NCBI RefSeq assembly: GCF_044704955.1
Contig: NC_091979.1
Location: 165,850,001-165,914,000, forward strand
Reading direction: 5' to 3'
DNA from: Pristiophorus japonicus
Taxonomy: Eukaryota
Length of the DNA: 64,000 bases
Below are positions 1-10,620 of this stretch, piece after piece; position 1 is the stretch's first letter; the number at the start of each line of letters is the position of its first letter. The notes under the pieces were generated by a model. The model saw only the letters and a list, made by a program, of their open reading frames with translations. It did no database searches and was not told the origin of the DNA. The position numbers and the translations under genes are program-made.

Positions 1-34
1 GTTTTGCTCTCACTAACATTGAAAAAAAAAGTTA

Positions 35-827
35 GGGCTAGCAATTGCGTAGCGCCCCATTTGGGGCGATAACTTTTGCGGGAGCGCAAAAGTATCGCTG
101 GACGCTACCCAATTCCATCAGATACAAACTTTTGCTTTAGCACTCCAAGAGGGAAGTAGAGCACTAAATCAGGCACTACCACTTCCCTTGGAGCGCTATA
201 CCACGCAGGAGTGGCGATAGCGGTACAGTGCTGCACAATGTCCCTTAAAGGGAAGGGCATTTGCTGCAGGCTATGCATTAAATATACTTCCATACTCGCC
301 GACGGCAGTCACGATGCGCGACGATCATTCCTAAGCACGTTACCTTATTAATCTTGGCCAAAAAAAAATGGTCAGAAGGTTGTTACAAGAGTTTTCACTT
401 ACCTCACCGGTGATCCCTTGAAATACCACTCCCCAAGTGGCCGACCTACATTACAATGCTTCCTGCAGCTACCCAGTTGCAGAGCTGGTAGTGGACTATT
501 GCCCCCCGCCCCTCCGCCCCCCCCCCCCGGAGTCGCAAAGGAGGCCAATTTCTCTCAGAATTTTAAGAGCTTTCTCACTTCCTTGTTTGCTATCTGTGAG
601 AATTCTGCCTTTTGTTGGCTGCTTAGACAGCTTGCTGACGTCACAGCAGCTCGCATTGTGGGATTCGCACTATATTACGTTGATTTGAATTACACGTCGG
701 AAAACCCGAACTTCTCAACAGAGATTGAGAGATCTTATGCAAAGCTTACTTTGGGGCCAGTGGCAAACACCTTTACTTCACCACTGATCACAAATTCCAG
801 GTCAATATTTCATTTAAATTGCTACCC
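35..827. mobile_element. Non-autonomous DNA transposon (MITE), GGG-ended TIR, Harbinger-like
   Basis: Left end gggctagcaatt, right end aattgctaccc; CpG-rich interior. TSD imperfect (tta/ttc). Confidence 0.55.
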
Positions 828-947
828 TTCTGGAAACAAGATTATGGGAGCCCATTACCATATGAAACACTTTGCGTCGTACACATTAGTTTTGACCTAA
901 ATGAAGTCAAATAATGAAATTGAGATAAAAAGCAAACTGTGAATGTA

Positions 948-1116
948 GAAATAAAAGTAAAGGTTGTAGGAAATGCACTGTAGGTTAATCAGCATTTGAA
1001 AGAGAAAAATATTGTGCAACACTTAATCAGAGCACCAATTTCAATTGTTAACCCGTCTTTCTCTTTCAAATGCTGGTTTATGTGCTGTGCATTTCCAGCA
1101 CTTTCTGTTTTTATTT
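948..1116. repeat. Degenerate inverted repeat resembling Penelope-like terminal repeats
   Basis: ...ggaaatgcac..cagcatttgaaagagaaa is mirrored by tttctctttcaaatgctg..gtgcatttcc; similar to 20700-20765 and 30060-30115. Confidence 0.6.
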
Positions 1117-1470
1117 AAGTAATGAAATGCTTGCTGACATTATTGAGCTTCAAGATTAAATAAAGAACCATGGCAGCTATAATAGTGTTAGTATGCAAAC
1201 AAATCCATATCCCATTCCGTATTGGATCATAAAGAAGCTTCATAGATCAGTGCATAGGAATAACTCATACTGGACATTGTAATTGATTTATAGATGTTAT
1301 AGATATTACAGCAGATATTTCAGTTTATTCCATTTTTATATACATAAAGTACTCGCATATAGTCAGCCAGTAGAGGACCACGTTAATGCAATAATGCTTC
1401 GCACCATGCGGCTGCAGAACATTAATGCCCATTCCCAAGTGTTTGCCCAGAGTTCATTTTATTTATTTAT

Positions 1471-1512
1471 AATATATATATATATATATACACACACATG
1501 CATATATATATA
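1471..1512. repeat. (TA)n(CA)n microsatellite
   Basis: Read directly from the sequence. Confidence 0.9.
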
Positions 1513-1624
1513 AATTAAACCATTACTTATACAAAGCAGAGCTGAAAGTGTCCCATTAAAACTGTTGTGTGATAGCATCTGTGTTGTCTTTTGTCCTGAC
1601 ATGTCCACTTCTTCCTTTGAGTAG

Positions 1625-1864
1625 AAGTTGTTGAGAGTCCAGCGTCTGATGAAGAGGAGCCAGCAGTAGCTCTTAAGAAAGAGCATGTTCAAGAGCGTTG
1701 GTCTGCTGAGCACTTAGTGCAAGTAGAAGCTGTAGCCCAGGATACCAAATGTGTGGAGGTCACATCATCAAATGAAGACAGTGTGCCAGCTGAGATTCCC
1801 AATGGAAAGGGCATGACTCTTAGGGAGGTTGGGTCCCTGGAAGAAATGCCACCTTCTGTAGAAG
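1625..1864 (+). CDS. map2: Putative map2 cassette exon (240 nt, phase 1-1), acidic, in the position of the MAP2a-type insert exon
   Basis: Pyrimidine tract plus gag/tag acceptor at 1619-1624; donor GAAG|gtgtgt at 1865. Open frame EVVESPASDEEEPAVALKKEH...EEMPPSVE joins in frame to the exon at 3846. Size and position resemble mammalian MAP2 exon 8 (inference). Confidence 0.7.
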
Positions 1865-3226
1865 GTGTGTCTTCCTGTTGACTTCCACATAATGACAAAT
1901 GCCTTTTGAGAATCTTCTTACTTCCAAGTCTTTGTTTGTATATTGCTGGTAGATGTTCTGCTTGAAGGATAACTTAATTATTGTGCATAAATTGCTTTTG
2001 GCTGATCTGATGCTGGCTACAGGAGCAACAATGCTTTCCCACCACTGCTGCTGACACTTGAGTTATTTTGTTTCCATGATGTCACATGCTTTGCAGCTGA
2101 GTTGATTTTTTTTAAATGCACATGAGGCTTTTCGTTGCCTAAATGTTTGCCAGTTACATTGCTGAGATGTATCAATTCTTTTAAAGCTGATTCACCTGCT
2201 TTCTAGTTATTAGACCTATTAGTGATCAGAAGATTTTTTTTTAAGTTGCACTTCTGTATTTTCAGCTTATTTCAGGGATTATTTTAAAAGAGATTGTTTT
2301 GCTTCATGTTTTAGTGCTGACATCTTGCATTTATTGTTTTATTTGGACTATGGCAAGTGCTTATCATTAAAAATCACTTTCCAGTTTTAAAGATGGGCAG
2401 ATGGTAGCTAAGGATTAAGATGGTTATAGTGAGAAATTATTTTTCTATTTAACCGCACAGTTTGAGACATAATTAGGATTTTGTTAAAATTATCACAAGG
2501 GCAATATTTGTATCTATATAAAGAAGATTGTGTCCAGCAAGACAGTGATAGAAAGACTATCCAGCCTGGGGTAGAGGTGCATCACAGCATCAGGCCCTGC
2601 CACCATCTCTCTCCCAACCGCCTCCCCCACCCCCTCCCGCCTTCTTCCAATCGCATCCTCCTTTGTATCCAGGAGAAATCAAATAATTTTTCTGGCCAAT
2701 GAAGGGTCAGAGCCCTGAGTCTGCATCCACGTCTCCAAAGCAGATGAGATACAGTACAAGACATCCAGAGTGAAATTATGTGAGCAGTGTACAGAGTGGG
2801 AAATGTATGGAAGAGAGAGGAAACAGTGGCAAGGAGATATTCACAAAGACTGAGAAAAGAAATCAGTCAAAGATACAAAGATGACAGCAATGGAAAATAT
2901 GTGACAGCCACATACATCATAATAGTGAAAGAGAGAGAGAAAGAATGAGGAAAAGACCAACAAATCTCCATTGTATATACAAGCTTATCTTCTGTGAAAG
3001 CAGAGAGAGGGATAGAGAAAGATGAAGAGAGAGAAAACATTTTTTTTTTGTCCTTGAGTTAAATCACAAGAGATCAGCAAATATATCCAATGAAGTATTG
3101 TTAGCATCTTACATGGTAAAATAAACACAGATATTCATGTTTTAGAACGTTTCGAGTTTGGTTTGTACAACTTCTCCAGAATTAGTGTATTATTATATTA
3201 TTAATGCACTTACCTAAAAAGTGGTA

Positions 3227-3586
3227 CAGGTTGAACCTCCCTTATCCAGAACTCCCTTATCCGAATTCACTCCTCATTCAGAACCATTCCTGGCCACCGG
3301 GTGGCACATGCACAGAACTCCGACATGAACAAATTGAAGTCCTTCCTTGCTGCCGACTCCCGCAATCGCTGGCCTGACCCCGCGATCCACCGTCCCCCTC
3401 ACCCCACCCCCGCCCCACCCCGCATGATCTCTCCGCTACACTCCCAGCCCCAAGCCAGCCAGCCCCAATATTCCCTTGCTCAATACCTGTACCATCCAAT
3501 TTAATGTGACCATCCCTCGTCCGGAAAAATCTCTTATCCAAAACAGGCCAGGTCCCAAGAGTTCTGGATAAGGAAGGTTCAACCTG
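3227..3586. mobile_element. Tigger/pogo-like MITE (360 bp)
   Basis: 28-bp TIR caggttgaacctcccttatccagaactc / gagttctggataaggaaggttcaacctg (1 mismatch); left flank TA, right flank CA. TIR resembles the Tigger4/MER46 type. Confidence 0.8.
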
Positions 3587-3845
3587 CATCAGATTAGATT
3601 TCTTTATAACTACTAAGTAAGTCTGAGAGTCACTAGCAGTTTTGTGTATTAATATAGTTTAGGTCCAATATTATAGTAAAACTGTTTTCATCCACCCTAA
3701 ATATTATGCTTTAGAGTTAGACATTTGCACAACATTTCATTTTTATTCAACACACTTGCCTTTTTGGCAGGGGGTGGAAAGATATATAGAGTGGTTTTGC
3801 CTATCGATAACCATTAACTATATGCATGCAACCAAACTACTTTAG

Positions 3846-6800
3846 ATCTGCTTACAGCCACGAAGATGGACAAGCTGTCAACAGGTGGAGAATCCTCTGT
3901 TGCTAGTGGGGGAAGACCATCGTTGCATGAAGTGTCAGTGCCAGAGTTGAAAGATAAGACTATTGAACATACTGAACAACAAAAATCTGATCTGTCACCG
4001 TCTTCCACATTGGGTAAAGACAATGATGCTGTCAAAGGAATACCAGAGGAAGTTTTTACGAAACAGCATTCATTTTCAACAGATGTTTTGCAGACCAAAC
4101 CTGTTCCTGCATTACTCAAGAATGAACCATGTCCAGAAGACTTAGCTGCTTCTGGTGTTGAAACCATAACTAGCCACCATGAAAGTTCATTACTATCCAG
4201 TGTTCATGAAGACAAATGCATATCTATGGTGGCAGCAGAGAATACAGTTGTCCATGTGCAACCAAGCTCTGTCAAGAAAACAGATGAAATCATGAAACCC
4301 CAATACGATAAAACAGAAACACTGCCCAGCAAATCAGTTTTAGATGAAAGTAAAACAGCTCTTGGAAGACCTATCATTCAAGATTCAACAAAACAATCCA
4401 GTGCAGAGATTTCAGAGACAGGTTATTGTAAAGAAAAGGATGTTTCCCCAACTGTCACTATTGCTCCTGCAAAAGATTCATTAAAGGATAGTGAAGGAGC
4501 TTTGCGAAAAGAGCAATTGGTTGCAGGAACCTCAGCTACTGAAGACAAATATGTGTTGTATCAGCAAGAAATAAAAATAGATTCAGTTGCAACCACAGTT
4601 TCTGTTACAAAAGAGACAGAACAGCACATTCCTCAGGAAAAACCAGGAGTGCTTGAGGAATTGCATTTCGACAAAATTCCTGTAATCGCTTACAGTGCAG
4701 GTAAAGACAAAGCTGTAACTTCAGAAGACCCAACTAGTAAGGGAAAAGATATACCAGATACAATAAAACTGGTTGAACATATAGAAGATGTATTTTCAAT
4801 GCCAGAAGACAGATCAGAACCTGTTGAATACAGCTCCACAGAAAGTGCAGAACATCATTTAGAGCATTCGAAGGGGAAACCAGCAGTGGAAGAGACAATT
4901 TCCAGTACGATATTCTTATTACAAACTGAATCCTCTAAACATGTGTCTGAACAACTAACCACCAACCTTCCATTTAAGGAAATGGACCAAGCCGATCTTA
5001 AGGTAGCAGAAGTTAGGAAGTTAACTGATAGTACCTCTGCTCAGTCAGAAACTAAGAAAGAAGCTAATCTAAATGTACAACATAGCATGCAACCCACCAC
5101 AAGCGATGCAGACTCTACTCTTGAATTGATACAAGAGCCATGTGTTATGGACCAAAATATAGAAAAGTTGCATGTTACACATGCAAAAACTGAAGAAAAA
5201 AGCATTCAACAGGTATTTCCTCAAGAGAAAGAATCTGAAGCACAAAGTGTATGCCCATTGACTGATTCAAATGTCATTTCAGATAAAAATGCAGGAAATT
5301 CAATTAGTCCAATATTGCAAAACAGAAAAACTGACATTTTTAATATGAATTTGAAAGACAAGACAGGGATGGATCAGCCAGAAATGTCAAAGTATTTTGA
5401 AACATTTGTTTCAAAAGACGATGGTGCAAAAAGTAGCGAAAAACCCGAAGACGGTTATTACGAAATGACCATTACAAATGAAAACAATTCAAGACTTACT
5501 CATGTAGTGTCACAGCTCTCTGAGGCCCCACATGAAAAATCAAAAGTAGATACGCACATAGTCAAAAATAATATTTCAGCAGAAATAATTCATTATAGCA
5601 CACTTGCACTGGCATCTCTGCCTGTTGATGCACAGGCTAAATCCACTACAGGAAATGAAATTACTTTTCCTGCTCAACAGAGCCATCTGGAGAAAAAAGA
5701 CCTCTCCACAGCTATATCTCAACAACCTGATTCTAGCGCTGTTGTGAATATCGAAAAAGAATTACAAAAGCTGGTGCTGAATTTACCAACAACATCTTTA
5801 GATTCAATAGCACTGGAGGTGGAAACAGAGAGCCAAGGTCCCCCAGAATCTTTGTCGCCGCTGGCCTCTGACATTCTTGCCTGTACCAGGGGAATGAGCT
5901 TGGATGAATCGGCAGACTTTTTTCCAGTTACTACACCTGCTGAGGAGAAGACTGTTTGTTTTCCTGTTGAAGTGGAAAAAGCTAAAACTGTATCTGGCTA
6001 TGGAGAGAAATCAGCTGACGAAAGCCTGCATTTAGATACACAATATGCTTACCCGCTTACTTTGAAAGATGATTACAAAAATGACACTGTCGTGGTTCCT
6101 GACTTGCCTGAAATGTTGGATTTAGGTGTTACTCGAACTAGACTGAGCTCTGAGGGCACAGAAACAGAAATGGTTAGAAGAACATCCATGCCTGGAGAAT
6201 CTGCCACCGAAAATATTGCTTCTGGCTCAGAGGCTCAAATTGAAAGCATCAAACTAATTATTAAAAATGTTAGTCAAGCAGAGGAAATGGGCTACTGTGT
6301 TTTTGAATACTCGGCTCCATTACCAACTCCTGAGGAAGTTAAAAGTCCTCTAGCGGATGGCAGCATTTTCCTTCACCAAATCCGCACTGCTTCTCAGATT
6401 ATAGATGAGGAAAGTATCAGGAGGCAAATAGATGTTAATAAGCATAAAGAAGATTCACATTTTCGAATTACCACCGTGTCAGAAGACAGGGAATCAAAAA
6501 TAGCTACTATTTTGGAAGCACAGTCAGAAATCAAGACTGATGAATCAGTTTCGCTAAATGTTCTAAAGCAGGTTACTAAGACAGAGTCTGTACCAGTTTG
6601 TTTATGTGATGACTCTGAACTGAAAGAACTTAATCATCAAAATAAAGCCATGGCTATTGACACTCAGAAAATTACAATAGACTTTTCTCCAAAGTCTCCG
6701 GATTATGAAACTGAAAAGGCGAGTAAAAGTAACAATTTGTGCGATTTGCCTAGTGAGGTTACAGTGTCAGAAAAAGCTTTGAAAACAGAGTCTGTTGATC

Positions 6801-8273
6801 ACAAACTGTCTGAGAAAGATGCTTCTGTGCAAGAACCAGCTCAACCCAAGAAAACTTTAGAAGATGAACCAAGGCCTAGTTTTCCCAACGAAGTTACTGT
6901 GCCAGAAATAGGTTTAAAAATAGAGGCTGCTGATCACAAACTGTCCGAGAAAAGTGCTTCTGTTCAAGAACCAGCCCAACCCAAGAAAGTCTTGGAAGAT
7001 AAACCAAGGCCTACTTTGCCCAGGCAGGATACTGTGCTAGATGTAGATATAGATATAGATATAGAGACCATGGGTCACATATTTTGTGAGAAAGCTGCTC
7101 CTATTCAAGAAACAGATCAACCTAAGAAACTCTTGGAAGATGAATCTAGGCCCAGTTTGGCCAGTGAGATTGCAGTGCCAGAATCTGTTGATCATAAAGT
7201 GTCTGAGAAAGCTCCTTCTATTCAAGAGGCACCACAACCTCAGACGGTGGGAACTAAGTCACCCAGTGAGGCTATCTTATCAGAAGCAGGTTTAAAAACT
7301 GAAACTGTTGATCACAAAGTATCTGAGAAAACTGCTCCTGTACAAGAAGCCACTCCACCTGAGAAAATTATGGTAGATGCCACTGGGCCTAATTTGCCTG
7401 GTGAGGTTACTGTACCCGAAGTAGGTTTAAAAATGAAACCAATTGATCAAGTATCTGAGAAAGTCGTCCCTGCTCCAGAATCAGCTCAACCTAATAAAAT
7501 TAGGGAGGATGATACTAAGCCTGTTTTACCCAGTACGATTATTCCACCAAAAGAAGACTTAGAAACCATGCATTTTGATCACAAAATAATTGAGAAACCT
7601 GCTCCTGTGCAAGAAATTATTCAAACTGAGACAACCATGGAAGATACAACTATGCCTAGTTTATCTAGCAATGTTACAGGGTGCGTAATTAATCAGCCTA
7701 AGAAAATCACAGAAGGTGAAACTAGGATTATACCCAGTGAAGTTATTGTATCAGAAGTTTCAAAAATGGAGTCTGTTGATCACAGAACCTCTGAGAAAGC
7801 TGTTCCCGTAGAAGAACCAGCCGAAGCTGAGAAAACCATGAAAGACGAAGCTAAGTCCAATTTACTGATCAAGGTTACTGTGCCAGAAATAGTTTTACAA
7901 ATGGACCCTGCTGACTATGAAGTAGCTGAGAATGTTGTTCCTGTAGAAGAAACTGATGAAGAAAAAGGAATCGTAGAATCTGTCATTACAGTGGAAGATG
8001 ACATTATTACAGTTGTTCAGACCAAGTTGGAGGGAGGAGAGGACATGGGCCACAATGTGAGATTTGCCATGTCTGATGGTGGTGATGTTGAGGACGTTTT
8101 TACCCCTAATGAACAAACCCAGTTAACAGAAGAACAAGTTCATGAGCCACCTGTAAAAGCTGGCCAAATTGCACTTATCCCAGAGAAGATCGAGATCCCT
8201 ACGGACTTGAAAGAAGACGAGAGTATTGATGAATCAGCAATGGACACAGATAGCCTCTGGATGGATACTCAAG
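3846..8273 (+). CDS. map2: map2 giant projection-domain exon (4428 nt, phase 1-1)
   Basis: tttag|ATCTG gives DLLTATKM (human DLLTASKM). Conserved MAP2 motifs: MSKYFET, YSTLA, LDSIAL, LSPLASDIL, PDLPEMLDL, GYCVF, ESVITVEDDIITVVQT, VRFA, DSLWMDTQ. Donor AAG|gtgcct at 8274. Confidence 0.96.
6749..7960 (+). repeat. Coding tandem repeat, ~135-nt/45-aa unit, about 9-10 degenerate copies
   Basis: Units start at 6749 (PSEVTVSE..DHKLSEK..VQEPAQPKK) and 6884 (PNEVTVPE..DHKLSEK..VQEPAQPKK), exactly 135 nt apart. Further variants recur to ~7960. Confidence 0.92.
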
Positions 8274-8489
8274 GTGCCTGTAAAGCCTTAATAGCTATCA
8301 GCCATGATTAGATAGTAAAATCTCTTTATAAAAAAAAATAACATAAATAAGTAAGTACTGTCCTACAGTACACTCTAATCTTTAATGTTACTCAGTTTTT
8401 AAAAAGTAACATGAATTCAGTTTATGCTTTTTTTTCCTTATGATATCCCTGTTGCTATTAAAGTGATTTCTTGCACTCTAATTCTGCAG

Positions 8490-8693
8490 ATGAAGAGAGT
8501 ATCATAGTAACACAACCAGCTGCTGTTACTAAACAGGAGAAAGCAGAGAAGGAATTCAGCAGCCCATCTTTGGATAAACATAGGAAAGGAAAGGTGTTAA
8601 AAACGGGAAAAAACAGAGTTTCCACACCTGAAAGAAAAATAATTAAAAAAGATATCAGTGCAGTCTCCAAAGAAGACAAAAAGAAGAGAAAAG
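8490..8693 (+). CDS. map2: map2 exon (204 nt) DEESII...KKKRK
   Basis: ctgcag|AT acceptor, AAG|gttcat donor. EKAEKE, LDKHRK and RVSTPERK match MAP2. Confidence 0.95.
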
Positions 8694-8958
8694 GTTCATA
8701 CAATGGAAGCAATTTTTGTTTTCTCGTTGCATTTTTGTGATGTGAGGTGTTTGTACTGTGCCTATGTAACAGCATTATATTCTGAGATTTGACTGTAGAA
8801 ATTTTAGAGAATAAACAATAACCAGAAGTAGTAATATCTAATTTTCTAAATTGTTCTCTATTGTTTTCTTTAATGAAAAGTGGATGTTGAACATTCCACC
8901 TGACTTACCACATTGTTTCTGTCCTCATATATTTGCTCTTGTCTTTCCTCTCTAACAG

Positions 8959-9090
8959 CATATAAGAAGTCTGAACTTGCTAAAAAATCAGAAATTCAGA
9001 CCCGGTCTCCTTCCAGGAAAATCATTTTAAAACCAGCTGTAAGATATCATAGACCAGCTCACGTTCCTTGTACTAAACGGAAGCAGACAG
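8959..9090 (+). CDS. map2: map2 exon (132 nt) AYKKSELAKK...KRKQT
   Basis: ctaacag|CA acceptor, CAG|gtgact donor. YKKSELAKK and SPSRKIILKPAV match MAP2. Confidence 0.95.
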
Positions 9091-9701
9091 GTGACTGTTT
9101 AAACACCGCAATGTGGCTGGCAAACATGGACTTTACTTCATTGCTAGACTGGCTTTTTACCTGTGTTACTTTTTTTTCAGCCGCTGGGCTGTCGCAAGTT
9201 TATCTGTATTCAGCGCTTTTCATTTTTGTTTTCTACAGCAGTCATGATCACACATGCTTGTCGTGCACAAGCTTGCAAGTACAATGGTCTTAACCTTGAA
9301 GTGGTGACGTAATTCTTAATGTGGGAGTTTGTATAGATTGCTGTGTGCTGGTGGGAAAGTGTTGCAGCCTGCATCATGATATTCATTCACATTAATTTCT
9401 CTCGTGTTTAGAGGTATTCAGGTACAACTTGCATTACATGCAATATATGTTTTCCATTTGTTATTTAAGACGTGCTTTAATTTTTTTAAATTATGTATAC
9501 TAAGGTTTCCTCCCCACAGATCTTTTTTATTTGTTAGTTTGGATAATTTGTACTTCATTACTTTGCTTCCCATCTTATATGACAACAATGATTTTAAATG
9601 TCTTTTGCTTTCATATGCATCTTGATTTATATCCTGATCATAATGACACATTTATCTGGTCTATAGTGCTATATTCTAATATTAATATTCCTTTTGTCTA
9701 G

Positions 9702-9778
9702 TTCCTGGAAGTGTTGAAGGTGCATATATTATAGACCAGAAATTCTCTGTTGCTAAGCAACCCAAGGAGAGAATCACA
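9702..9778 (+). CDS. map2: map2 exon (77 nt, phase 1-0) VPGSVEGAYIIDQKFSVAKQPKERIT
   Basis: ttttgtctag| acceptor, ACA|gtaagt donor. C-terminal SVAKQPKERIT resembles human SVFKQAKDKVS. Not in the ORF track. Confidence 0.88.
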
Positions 9779-10620
9779 GTAAGTAAATTAGCTGAAAAAT
9801 ACAATGTGTTTTATGGAAGGTGGGACAACTTTTACAGTATTTGAAGTTTTCAGTTTAAAAAAAATAAAACAATTCACTTTTTTTGATAGATGTATATATC
9901 AAAGCCACAGATATTAAACTGTTCAGTATGATCCATACATATGATCTATTTTCTGAAAATAACCTCTTATTTTTGGATGTGTTTTGCCTTTTTTTCTAGT
10001 TTTCAGATTGTTTTGAGTTATTTCTAATTTGTAGATATAATAGATCTGCAGTGTGCCGTACACAGGATGGTTACTTGCCACTTGTAATCTGAGTACGCCA
10101 TCATACCGCCTTTGAAATTGATCACAAGTTCAGGATTTGTGCTAAATCCCAAACTTGCGAACTGTCAACTTCCGACTTCGCGTCAGCTTCGCTGTACGTT
10201 CACCTCCCCATTGAAATCAACGGCTGGCGAAAAGTTGTGCTAATTGCCCATCGACTGTGTATTAATTACCTTCAAAATGTTTACGGCTGGTGCAGACAGA
10301 CGCTGGAGCCTGTTGCACAGAGTAAGGGGAGGGGGGAAGGGATGACAATATTGTATTAATTTTGAGCTAGGTTTATTCCAAAGCGCATGAAAAGCATCCT
10401 AATTGATTTTTATAGTTCCTATAAAGAGGCCAGTAACATTTACCTATCTGCTAAAGTGCTCTTTAATTACTTTAATATCTATGTATTTAGGTTAAACTGT
10501 GCAAATCAAAATAACTACAATTTACTGTGTTAAATAATACTTCTTTTGGAACGTGCAGTGGGAATGGTAAAAATAAAAAAAGGTCAGCTGTTAATTACAT
10601 TAGCTTTATGATATTGGGAC

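Noticed and set aside
3866-8311. 1481-aa ORF as a standalone single-exon gene
   Set aside because: MAP2 homology starts before the ATG (DLLTATK) at an acceptor and ends at the 8274 donor. It is an internal exon.
8913-9293. Read-through ORF with a hydrophobic tail, and a possible acceptor at 9180 giving AAG...
   Set aside because: The hydrophobic residues come from T-rich intron sequence. No frame-preserving donor follows 9181, and exon 9702-9778 already supplies the homologous segment.
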